Below, one piece after another: positions 24,524 through 32,000 of a stretch of 32,000 nucleotides of DNA. How positions within the stretch are numbered: the stretch's first letter is position 1; each line of letters opens with the position of its first letter. Under the pieces are notes generated by a model. That model saw nothing but the letters and a program-made list of their open reading frames with translations, was not told the DNA's origin and made no database searches. Origin of the DNA: Gemmata obscuriglobus (lineage in GTDB: Bacteria; Planctomycetota; Planctomycetia; Gemmatales; Gemmataceae); the NCBI RefSeq assembly GCF_008065095.1, contig NZ_CP042911.1:4200001-4232000 (forward strand), in the 5' to 3' direction. The translations under genes were made by a program, and so were the position numbers.

Positions 24524-26958
24524 TCCGCGCGCTTCACCCGCAGAAGCCGAAGCTGGTCGTGATCGGGAACGGGATGGCCGGGGCGCGCTTCCTGGAGGAC
24601 GTGCTCGCGCTCGACCCGGAACTGTTCGACATCACCGTGTTCGGCGACGAGCCGTACGGGAACTACAACCGCATCCTGCTGTCCAACGTGCTGAACGGCA
24701 CCCAGGACGCGAAGGAGATCTTCCTCAACCCGCTGGCGTGGTACGAGGAGAACGGGATCACGCTCCACGCGGGCGCGCGCGTCACCCGTATCGACCGGGA
24801 CGCGAAGGTGGTTCACACGGGCGACGCCGCGGTCCCTTACGACTACCTCGTGTTCGCGACCGGCAGCAAGCCGTTCATCCCGCCGATCCCCGGAACCCCG
24901 CTGCACGGGGTGTTCGCGTTCCGCACCCTCGACGACTGCCGCAACATCGCAGAGTACGCAAAGGGCTGCAAGACCGCCGTGGTGATCGGCGGCGGACTGC
25001 TCGGACTGGAAGCCGCGAAGGGGCTCATGACCCACAACGTCGAGGTGACGGTTGTGGAGGTGAACCCGTGGCTGATGAGCGTGCAGCTCGACGAAGCCGG
25101 CGGGAAGGTGCTGGGCGAGACCATCGCGAAGCTCGGCATCAAGGCCCGCACGAGCGGCGTCACGAAGGAGCTGCTCGGCCACCTCAAGGTGAACGGCGTG
25201 CGGTTCGCGGACGGCAGCGAACTCCCGGCCGACATCGTGGTCATCTCCGCGGGCATCCGGCCCAACGCCGAACTCGCCAAGGAGTGCGGCATCGCCTGCG
25301 ACAAGGCGATTGTCGTGGACGACCAGCTCCGCACCAGTGACCCGGCGGTGTTCGGCGTGGGCGAGTGCGTTCAGCACAACGGGATGATCTACGGGTTGGT
25401 TGCCCCGCTGTGGGAACAGACGAAGGTGCTCGCGAAGGTGCTGACCGGAGCCGACACGACCGCGACGTATAGCGGCTCGAAGATCGCGACCAAGCTGAAG
25501 GTGATGGGCGTCGAGTTGGCGAGCATGGGCCGGATCAACGACCTGTGCCCGACGGACGAGGTTGTGCAGTTCAGCGAGCCCGCCCGCCAAGTCTACTGGA
25601 AGGCGATCATCCGCGACGGCAAGGTGAGCGCCGCGTGCCTGCTCGGCGACCTCAGCCCGGCGGACGACCTGATGCGCATGTTCCAGGCGGGCGGACCCGT
25701 CCCGGAGCGCCGACTCGAACTGTTCTTCACCGCCGGATCGGCCAAGAAAGAAGCGTCGCTCGCGGACCTGCCCGACTCGCACCAGATTTGCGACTGCAAC
25801 GGCGTGTGCAAGGGCACCATCGTGCAGGCCATCAAGAAGGGCAAATGTACCGTCCCGGCGGTAGGTAAGGCGACCCGTGCCGGAACCGGTTGCGGGTCGT
25901 GTAAGAAGCTCGTGAAGGGGCTGATCGAGGCGGTCGCCGGGGGAGTGAAGGCCGACCCGAGCGAGTCCTGGTACGTCGCGGCGGTGCCGATGGACAAGCC
26001 AACCCTCGTTGCGGCGGTGAAGGCGCGCGGGCTGAAGAGCGTGTCGGCGGTGCTCCGGGAACTAGGCACCGCGGACGACGAGAAGAGCCGCAACGGCTTG
26101 GCATCGATGCTGAAGGGCATCTGGGGCACGGAGTACATCGACGAGCGCGATTCGCGGTTCGTCAACGACCGCGTTCACGCGAACATTCAGAAGGACGGCA
26201 CGTTCTCGGTGGTCCCCCGCGTGTACGGCGGCATCACCACGGCCGACGACCTCATCAAGATCGGCGAGGTCGCGAAGAAGTACGCCGTGCCGATGGTGAA
26301 GTTCACCGGCGGGCAACGGGTCGACCTGCTCGGGATCAAGAAGGAGGACCTGCCGGGCGTGTGGGCGGACCTCGGGATGCCCAGCGGGTACGCGTACGCG
26401 AAGGCGCTCCGCACCGTGAAGACGTGCGTGGGGTCGGAGTTCTGCCGGTACGGGACCAACGACAGCACCGGCCTGGGGATCGACCTGGAGAAGCGGTTCC
26501 AGGGGTTCGAGTTCCCCGCAAAGGTGAAGCTGGCGGTCAGCGGGTGCCCCCGGAACTGCGCCGAATCGACGGTGAAGGACGTGGGCGTAATCGCGACCGA
26601 GGGCGGCGAATGGGAGATCTCGGTGGGCGGCGCCGCCGGGGCGCACGTGCGGAAGACGGACGTACTGTGCCGGGTGCCGACGAAGCACGACGCGCTGAAA
26701 GTCATCGGCCGGTTCCTGATCTACTACCGCGACAACGCGAAGTGGCTCGAACGCACCTACGACTTCGTGCCGCGGGTCGGGGTGGAGAAGCTGCGCGAGA
26801 TCATCGTCAACGATTCGCTCGGCGTCTGCGCCGCCCTTGATGTCGAGGTGGAGAAGACAATGGCGGCCTACGTCGACCCGTGGCTCGAGCGCGACAAACC
26901 GGTGTACGCGGGCCAGTTCGACGAGGCGAAACGCGTTCCCCTCCCACTGATCTCTTAA
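24520..26958 (+). CDS. nirB: NAD(P)H-dependent assimilatory nitrite reductase, large subunit
   Basis: 812 aa, comprising:
- an FAD/NAD Rossmann N-terminus (VVIGNGMAGARF, VVIGGGLLGLEAA);
- a BFD-like 2Fe-2S segment (CDCNGV...GTGCGSC);
- a sirohaem/4Fe-4S domain (CVGSEFCRYG, SGCPRNCAE). Confidence 0.93.
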   Translation: MIRALHPQKPKLVVIGNGMAGARFLEDVLALDPELFDITVFGDEPYGNYNRILLSNVLNGTQDAKEIFLNPLAWYEENGITLHAGARVTRIDRDAKVVHTGDAAVPYDYLVFATGSKPFIPPIPGTPLHGVFAFRTLDDCRNIAEYAKGCKTAVVIGGGLLGLEAAKGLMTHNVEVTVVEVNPWLMSVQLDEAGGKVLGETIAKLGIKARTSGVTKELLGHLKVNGVRFADGSELPADIVVISAGIRPNAELAKECGIACDKAIVVDDQLRTSDPAVFGVGECVQHNGMIYGLVAPLWEQTKVLAKVLTGADTTATYSGSKIATKLKVMGVELASMGRINDLCPTDEVVQFSEPARQVYWKAIIRDGKVSAACLLGDLSPADDLMRMFQAGGPVPERRLELFFTAGSAKKEASLADLPDSHQICDCNGVCKGTIVQAIKKGKCTVPAVGKATRAGTGCGSCKKLVKGLIEAVAGGVKADPSESWYVAAVPMDKPTLVAAVKARGLKSVSAVLRELGTADDEKSRNGLASMLKGIWGTEYIDERDSRFVNDRVHANIQKDGTFSVVPRVYGGITTADDLIKIGEVAKKYAVPMVKFTGGQRVDLLGIKKEDLPGVWADLGMPSGYAYAKALRTVKTCVGSEFCRYGTNDSTGLGIDLEKRFQGFEFPAKVKLAVSGCPRNCAESTVKDVGVIATEGGEWEISVGGAAGAHVRKTDVLCRVPTKHDALKVIGRFLIYYRDNAKWLERTYDFVPRVGVEKLREIIVNDSLGVCAALDVEVEKTMAAYVDPWLERDKPVYAGQFDEAKRVPLPLIS

Positions 26959-26971
26959 CGAGGACCGCCCC

Positions 26972-27298
26972 GTGACAGCCACAGTGACTCGTGTCGCGCT
27001 CTGCACGCTGGACGACTTGCCGACGGGCCTCGGCCGCGCCTTCGAAGTCGGCGGGCGGTCGCTCGCGGTGTTCCGCGGCCGCGAGGGCGAGGTGTTCGCG
27101 GTCGACGGGAAGTGCCCGCACAAGGGCGGGCCGCTCGCAGACGGCATGCTGATCGGCACGCAGATCGTGTGCCCGCTCCACGCGTTCCGCTTCGACGGAC
27201 GCTCCGGCGCGTGCGACCAGGAGAGCGTGTGCCCGACCGGGGCGTACCCGGTCGAGGTGAGCAACGGCCAAGTGTTCATAACGGTACCGCAATCGTGA
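26972..27298 (+). CDS. nirD: Nitrite reductase small subunit (Rieske-like)
   Basis: 108 aa with KCPHKGGPLADG...CPLHAFRFD. GTG start with GAGGA upstream. It lies immediately downstream of nirB. Confidence 0.88.
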   Translation: MTATVTRVALCTLDDLPTGLGRAFEVGGRSLAVFRGREGEVFAVDGKCPHKGGPLADGMLIGTQIVCPLHAFRFDGRSGACDQESVCPTGAYPVEVSNGQVFITVPQS

Positions 27299-29427
27299 CC
27301 GCGCTCCCGCCGATCCCGCTGGCAACGCTGTCGCAGCCGGAGCTGGCGGTGCGGACGCACTGCCCGTACTGCGCGTTCCAGTGCGGCATCCTGATGGGCG
27401 AGGACCTCGGCGGCGACCGGCCACGAATCAGCGGGGACCCGCACTTTCCGGTCAACAACGGGCAGTTGTGCGTCAAAGGGTGGTCGTCGGCCGCGCTGCT
27501 CGGGCACCCGCAGCGGGTCACCGTGCCGCAGTTGCGCGACGGCCGGGGACGGTGGCGGCCGGCGGAATGGGACGAGGCACTCGACTTCGTTGCAGCGAAG
27601 CTCGCTTCGATCCGCGAGCGGTGCGGCGCCGACGCGAACGGGGTGTTCGGGTCCGGCGCGCTGACCAACGAGAAGGCTTACCTCCTCGGGAAGTTCGCCC
27701 GGGTCGCGCTGGGCACCGCCAACATCGATTACAACGGCCGGTTCTGCATGGCGAGCGCCGCCGGGGCACAGAACCGGGCGTTCGGGATCGACCGCGGGCT
27801 GCCGTTCCCGGTCGCCGACGTGGAGCGGGCCGAGGTGGTGCTGTTGGTCGGGGCGAACACGGCCGACACGCTGCCGCCGATGATGCAGTGGTTCGATAGG
27901 CAGCGCGCCAACGGCGGGCGCCTCGTCGTGGCGGACCCACGCCGCACCCCGACGGCCCGGCGCGCGGACCTCTTCCTCCAGGTGACACCGGGCACCGACC
28001 TCGCCCTTGCTAACGGTCTGCTCTACATCGCGATCGAAGAGCATATTGTGGACGGGCGGTACATTGCGGACCGTACAAACGGGTTCGCTGCGGCGCGGGC
28101 GGTGGTGCTCCAGTATCACCCGGCGCGGGTGGAGCGGCTCACGGGCGTGTCGGAATCGCAGTTGCGCCAGGCGGTCCGCTGGCTGGCGACCGCACGGAGT
28201 TCGATGGTGCTGACCGGGCGCGGCACCGAGCAGCACAGCAAGGGCGTGGACAGCGTTCACGCGTGGATCAACCTGATGCTCGCGCTCGGGAAGGTCGGCA
28301 AGCCGCACAGCGGGTTCGGCACGCTCACCGGCCAGGGGAACGGACAGGGCGGGCGCGAGCACGGGCAGAAGGCCGACCAGCTCCCCGGGTACCGGCTGAT
28401 CGAGGTGGACGCGCACCGCGAGGCGGTCGCGAGCGTGTGGGGCGTCGATGCTGCGTCGCTGCCGCGCAAGGGGAAGAGCGCTTACGAACTTCTGGACGTG
28501 CTCAGCGGCGAGGTGAAGAGCCTGTTCGTGATGGGCTCGAACGTCGCGGTCGCGGCCCCGAACCTCGCCCGCATCCTGCCGAAGTTACAGGCGCTCGAAC
28601 TGTTGGTCGTGTGCGATGCGTTCCATAACGAGACGAGCGAACACGCTCACGTTTTTCTCCCCGTTTACCAGTGGGCCGAGGAAGAGGGGACGCTGACCAA
28701 CCTCGAAGGCCGGGTGATCCGGCGCCGGACGGTCGCCCGGCCGCCCACCGGCCCCCGCAGCGACCTGCGCGTGCTGTACGACCTCGCGCTGCGCCTCGGT
28801 GTCGGAGACAAATTCGCGTTCCGCTCGGCGGAGCACGTGTTCGACGAGCTGAAGCGCGCGACCGCCGGCGCCCCGGCCGATTACTCCGGCATCAGTTACG
28901 CGAAGATCGAGCGCCAGGACGGGGTGTTCTGGCCGTGCCGGAGCGAGGACGACCCCGGCACGCCGCGGATGTTCACCGAGCGGTTTCATCACCCCGACGG
29001 GCGGGCGAATTTCTTCGCGGTCGAGCACCGGGAGGCGGGTGAGGAGCCGAGCGCGGAGTTCCCGCTGTTCTTCACGACCGGGCGCTACAAGGAGCACTAC
29101 AACTCCGGCGCCCAGACGCGCGGCGTCGGCAAGCTCGCGAACGCGCAACTGCTGCCGCGCCTGGAGATCCACCCGCGACTGGCCCGGCGGCACCGCGTTT
29201 CCACCGGCAGCCGTGTTACGGTCGAGAGCCGCCGCGCGAAAGTGGAGTTCGTGGCCGAGGTGACCGCCGACATCCGCCCGGACACGCTGTTCGCGCCGTT
29301 CCACTGGGGCGGGCGCCAGGCAGCGAACCTGCTCACGAGCGGCGTGCTTGACCCGACGAGCCGGATGCCCGAGTTCAAGCTCGCCGCGGTTCGCATCGCC
29401 AGCGTGCGCGACGGGGCGCAGGGGTAA
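27295..29427 (+). CDS. nasA: Assimilatory nitrate reductase catalytic subunit (molybdopterin oxidoreductase)
   Basis: N-terminal 4Fe-4S motif HCPYCAFQCG...C, followed by MopB-type and C-terminal molybdopterin dinucleotide-binding domains. The GTG start at 27295 overlaps the nirD stop (GTGA). The ORF upstream of that point is the nirD region read in another frame. Confidence 0.9.
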   Translation: MTALPPIPLATLSQPELAVRTHCPYCAFQCGILMGEDLGGDRPRISGDPHFPVNNGQLCVKGWSSAALLGHPQRVTVPQLRDGRGRWRPAEWDEALDFVAAKLASIRERCGADANGVFGSGALTNEKAYLLGKFARVALGTANIDYNGRFCMASAAGAQNRAFGIDRGLPFPVADVERAEVVLLVGANTADTLPPMMQWFDRQRANGGRLVVADPRRTPTARRADLFLQVTPGTDLALANGLLYIAIEEHIVDGRYIADRTNGFAAARAVVLQYHPARVERLTGVSESQLRQAVRWLATARSSMVLTGRGTEQHSKGVDSVHAWINLMLALGKVGKPHSGFGTLTGQGNGQGGREHGQKADQLPGYRLIEVDAHREAVASVWGVDAASLPRKGKSAYELLDVLSGEVKSLFVMGSNVAVAAPNLARILPKLQALELLVVCDAFHNETSEHAHVFLPVYQWAEEEGTLTNLEGRVIRRRTVARPPTGPRSDLRVLYDLALRLGVGDKFAFRSAEHVFDELKRATAGAPADYSGISYAKIERQDGVFWPCRSEDDPGTPRMFTERFHHPDGRANFFAVEHREAGEEPSAEFPLFFTTGRYKEHYNSGAQTRGVGKLANAQLLPRLEIHPRLARRHRVSTGSRVTVESRRAKVEFVAEVTADIRPDTLFAPFHWGGRQAANLLTSGVLDPTSRMPEFKLAAVRIASVRDGAQG

Positions 29428-29468
29428 CGCGCGTGGGCGTGCTCTGGTAGTGCAGAGCGTTGCCTTTC

Positions 29469-29578
29469 CCTGGGACCGCGGGCGGGACGCCCGCTGCGTT
29501 GTCGGTCGTGTCGCTTTCGAGAGCGTCGATTTCCGGCCCGCGCCGAATCGCGGCGGGCGGGACGCCCGCGGTCCCAGG
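29469..29578. repeat. 110-bp palindromic element with 16-bp terminal inverted repeats and two identical internal hairpins
   Basis: CCTGGGACCGCGGGCG at 29469-29484 pairs with CGCCCGCGGTCCCAGG at 29563-29578. Each end also contains the same hairpin, GCGGGCG-GGA-CGCCCGC. The element lies in the 204-nt gap between nasA and the next reductase gene. Confidence 0.6.
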
Positions 29579-29631
29579 AGAAGACTAGCCTGACCCGTGT
29601 TTGGCGATAGAACCGATCGAGAGATGAGCCC

Positions 29632-31047
29632 ATGAAGAAGCGCCTCGCGATCGTCGGGAACGGCATGGCCGCCAGCCGGCTGCTCGACGAACTCGTGCGC
29701 CGGAACGCCGCCGCGCAGTTCGAGGTTTCGGTCTTCGGCGAAGAGTCGCGCGGCGCGTACAATCGCATTCTGCTCGGCCGGGTGCTGTCGGGCGAGGCAC
29801 CCGAAGCGATCGCGCTCAAGCCCGCTGAGTGGTACGTGGACCGGGGGGTAACGTTCCACGCCGGGGTGCGGGTCGCCCAGATCGACCCGGTCGGGCGGCG
29901 GCTCACCACCAGCACCGGCGACGCCCACCCCTACGACGTGTGCGTGCTGGCGACGGGCAGCTCACCGCTCGTTCCGCCGGTAACGGGACTGAAGAGCGAC
30001 GACGGCTCCCCGCGCGACGGCGTTCACGTGTTCCGCACGGTCGAAGATTGCATAGCGATTCGCGACCGCGCTAAACCCGGGAGCTGCGCGGTTGTGGTCG
30101 GGGGCGGGCTGCTGGGACTGGAGGCCGCCAAGGCACTTGGGGACCTCGGTCTGCGCGTCACGGTACTGCACCTCAACGAGGTGCTCATGAGCGCCCAGCT
30201 CGACAAGCACGGCGGCGAACTCCTGCGGCTGGCGCTGGAGAAAACCGGTCTGTTCGTTCGCACCGGCACCACCGCGGACGAGGTCATCGGGAACGGTCAC
30301 GTCGAGGCCGTGCGGCTGCGCACCGGTGAGGTGGTGCCCGCGGACCTGGTCGTCTTCGCCTGCGGGATTGTGCCCCGGGTGGAGGTCGCGAAGGCGTCCG
30401 GGGTTCCCGTCAACCGCGCGGTCCTTGTGAACGACCTGCTCGCGACCCAGGTGCCCGGGGTATACGCGGTCGGCGAGTGCGCCGAGCACAACGGACTGGT
30501 GTACGGGCTCGTCCAGCCGATCTGGGAGCAGTGCGCCGTGCTGGCCGATGTCCTCACCGGAACGAACCCGCGCGCCCGCTATCGGGGTTCCAAGATTTAT
30601 GCGCGGCTCAAGGTGGCCGGCGTCGAAGTCGCCAGCTTCGGCGTGCCGGACGCGCAGCTCCCCACGGACGAGGTGCTCCAGGTGTTCGAGGAGCGGCGGG
30701 GCGTGTACCGCAAGCTCATCGTCCGCGACGGCAAACTCGTCGGGGCGATGCTGGTGGGCTGCGCCGAGGCCGCGCCCGCGCTGGTGCAGATGTTCGATCG
30801 CGATGAGCCGCTTCCCCAGAACCGCCTGGACGTTCTCGCGACCGGGAACGCCCCGACCGCCGCGACCGAGCGCGAAATCTGTAACTGCAACCACGTGACC
30901 GAGGCGGCGCTCGTCGGAGCGATCCGCGACGGCTGTGACACTCTCCCCGCGCTCTGCGAGGCGACCCGGGCCGGTACCGGCTGCGGGTCGTGTCGCGGGC
31001 AACTTGTGACGCTCCTGGCGACCCACGCCCCCGTGGCCGCCCGCTGA
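29632..31047 (+). CDS. NAD(P)H-dependent flavoprotein with a BFD-like 2Fe-2S domain, the likely nitrate reductase electron-transfer subunit (paralogue of the NirB N-terminus)
   Basis: LAIVGNGMAASRL and VVVGGGLLGLEAAKAL Rossmann motifs. The C-terminal CNCNHV...GTGCGSC is a BFD-type cluster motif. No sirohaem domain is present. Confidence 0.85.
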   Translation: MKKRLAIVGNGMAASRLLDELVRRNAAAQFEVSVFGEESRGAYNRILLGRVLSGEAPEAIALKPAEWYVDRGVTFHAGVRVAQIDPVGRRLTTSTGDAHPYDVCVLATGSSPLVPPVTGLKSDDGSPRDGVHVFRTVEDCIAIRDRAKPGSCAVVVGGGLLGLEAAKALGDLGLRVTVLHLNEVLMSAQLDKHGGELLRLALEKTGLFVRTGTTADEVIGNGHVEAVRLRTGEVVPADLVVFACGIVPRVEVAKASGVPVNRAVLVNDLLATQVPGVYAVGECAEHNGLVYGLVQPIWEQCAVLADVLTGTNPRARYRGSKIYARLKVAGVEVASFGVPDAQLPTDEVLQVFEERRGVYRKLIVRDGKLVGAMLVGCAEAAPALVQMFDRDEPLPQNRLDVLATGNAPTAATEREICNCNHVTEAALVGAIRDGCDTLPALCEATRAGTGCGSCRGQLVTLLATHAPVAAR

Positions 31048-31111
31048 GCGGGCTTACCGTTCCAAAACCTCTCCGCGAGTCCGTAACCCGAACCCCGCGA
31101 GACGTCGTCCA

Positions 31112-32000
31112 ATGACCCCCGACTCACACTCTGCCGCGGCCCCCGCGGCGGGACAACGCGCGCGCGTGCTCACGTTGTCCACGGTCGCTTTCACGCTGCT
31201 GTTTGCGGTCTGGCTCATGCTCGGGATGCTGAGCATCAAGATTAAGCCCGAACTCGGGCTGACCGACGGGCAGCTCTACAACCTCACGATCGCCGCGATC
31301 CTGTCCGGGGCGCTGTTGCGGTTCCACTTCGGCGTCTGGACCGACCGCTACGGCGGGCGCCGGGTGATGACCGCGCTGATCCTCTTCGCCGTGGTCCCGA
31401 CGTTTCTGGTCAGCCGTGTGACGAGTTACACGGAACTGCTCATTTGCGCGGTTTTGTACGGCGTGGCCGGTAACTCGTTCTCGGTCGGCATCGCGTGGTG
31501 CGCGGCGTGGTTCCCGAAGGAGCGCCAGGGGCTGGCGCTGGGCGTGTTCGGGGCCGGCAACGTGGGCGCGTCGGTGACCAAGCTCGTCGGGCCGATTCTG
31601 ATCGCCGCGGTGCCGGCGGCGGGGTTCTTTGGCGGTGTGGTGCCGGGCGGGTGGCGGTTCATTCCGGTTGCCTATGCGGGTCTCTTGGTGCTGTTGGCGC
31701 TGGCGGTCTGGTTCCTGTCGCCGCGCGAGGACCGGCGCCCGGCGCGGGGGCGGCCCCTCTCCGAACTGATGGCACCGATGAAACACGCCCGCGTGTGGGA
31801 GTACAGCCTCCAGTACACCGTTGTGTTCGGCGCGTACGTCGCGCTCTCCGGCGTGCTGCCGCAGTTCTACTACGCGACCTACGGCAAACAACTGGCCGTG
31901 AGCTTCCACCTGAACGAACAGCTCGTGAGCGAGTTCGACACCATCAAGGGGCTCAAGGGCGACGCCTACACCGCGCACCTGAACGCGCACCCGGTTGTGA
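31112..32000 (+). CDS. narK: MFS nitrate/nitrite transporter (NarK/NNP family), 3' end outside the window
   Basis: This ORF is not in the supplied track because it has no stop within the window. From ATG 31112 it reads MTPDSH...LSTVAFTLLFAVWLMLGML...FHFGVWTDRYGGRRV...GVAGNSFSVGIAWCAAWFP...GVFGAGNVGAS, which are NNP-family signatures. The 31124-31990 minus-strand ORF is its antisense shadow. Confidence 0.85.
   Translation, partial: MTPDSHSAAAPAAGQRARVLTLSTVAFTLLFAVWLMLGMLSIKIKPELGLTDGQLYNLTIAAILSGALLRFHFGVWTDRYGGRRVMTALILFAVVPTFLVSRVTSYTELLICAVLYGVAGNSFSVGIAWCAAWFPKERQGLALGVFGAGNVGASVTKLVGPILIAAVPAAGFFGGVVPGGWRFIPVAYAGLLVLLALAVWFLSPREDRRPARGRPLSELMAPMKHARVWEYSLQYTVVFGAYVALSGVLPQFYYATYGKQLAVSFHLNEQLVSEFDTIKGLKGDAYTAHLNAHPVV

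Noticed and set aside
29469-29578. The paired hairpins interpreted as an ANTAR/NasT or NasR antitermination target, or as an intrinsic terminator.
   Set aside because: ANTAR targets use two hexaloop hairpins with conserved A1 and G4, whereas these loops are 3 nt (GGA). No U-tract follows either hairpin, and no ANTAR or NasR regulator gene is present in the window.

Overview
High-GC window, probably from a Gemmata-like planctomycete. That assignment is an inference from the TIGR03067-type domain and the style of the ECF sigma factor. The window has three blocks.

(1) 1-7.5 kb, housekeeping: the serA 3' end, glgA, rpiA, an ECF sigma factor fused through a TM helix to a TIGR03067 domain, and a secreted prolyl oligopeptidase.

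(2) About 7.7-21.3 kb, an accessory and heavily decayed region ending at tRNA-Lys(CTT) with an adjacent tyrosine integrase. It holds:
- an IS1-family element whose transposase is split at a C7 run;
- a 7-repeat type I-E-like CRISPR array with no cas genes in the window;
- a secreted-protein gene with an in-frame TAG, and an HdeD-like membrane protein;
- a prophage remnant, consisting of tape-measure fragments, a frameshifted HTH gene, a small ORF, and a sigma-region-2-like gene cleanly split by an ISL3-like IS (23-bp inverted repeats, 8-bp target duplication);
- a 3'-truncated HDAC-family gene abutting the tape-measure fragment;
- a cargo cluster of a hypothetical gene, a divergent S21-like gene, a COG3910-type ABC-fold ATPase and a Sel1-repeat protein.

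(3) 21.8-32 kb: a FixJ/NarL-type two-component pair, then a nitrate-assimilation operon (cobA, nirB, nirD, nasA, a second NirB-like flavoprotein, narK partial).

I found no complete, clearly novel multi-gene system. The best candidates for follow-up are the orphan CRISPR/IS junction, the IS-split phage sigma-like regulator module, the S21-like/ATPase island cargo, the repeated GTGGT/ACCAC sites upstream of the nas operon, and a 110-bp hairpin/TIR element inside it. Many long ORFs in the six-frame track are antisense shadow ORFs typical of high-GC DNA, and I ignored them.
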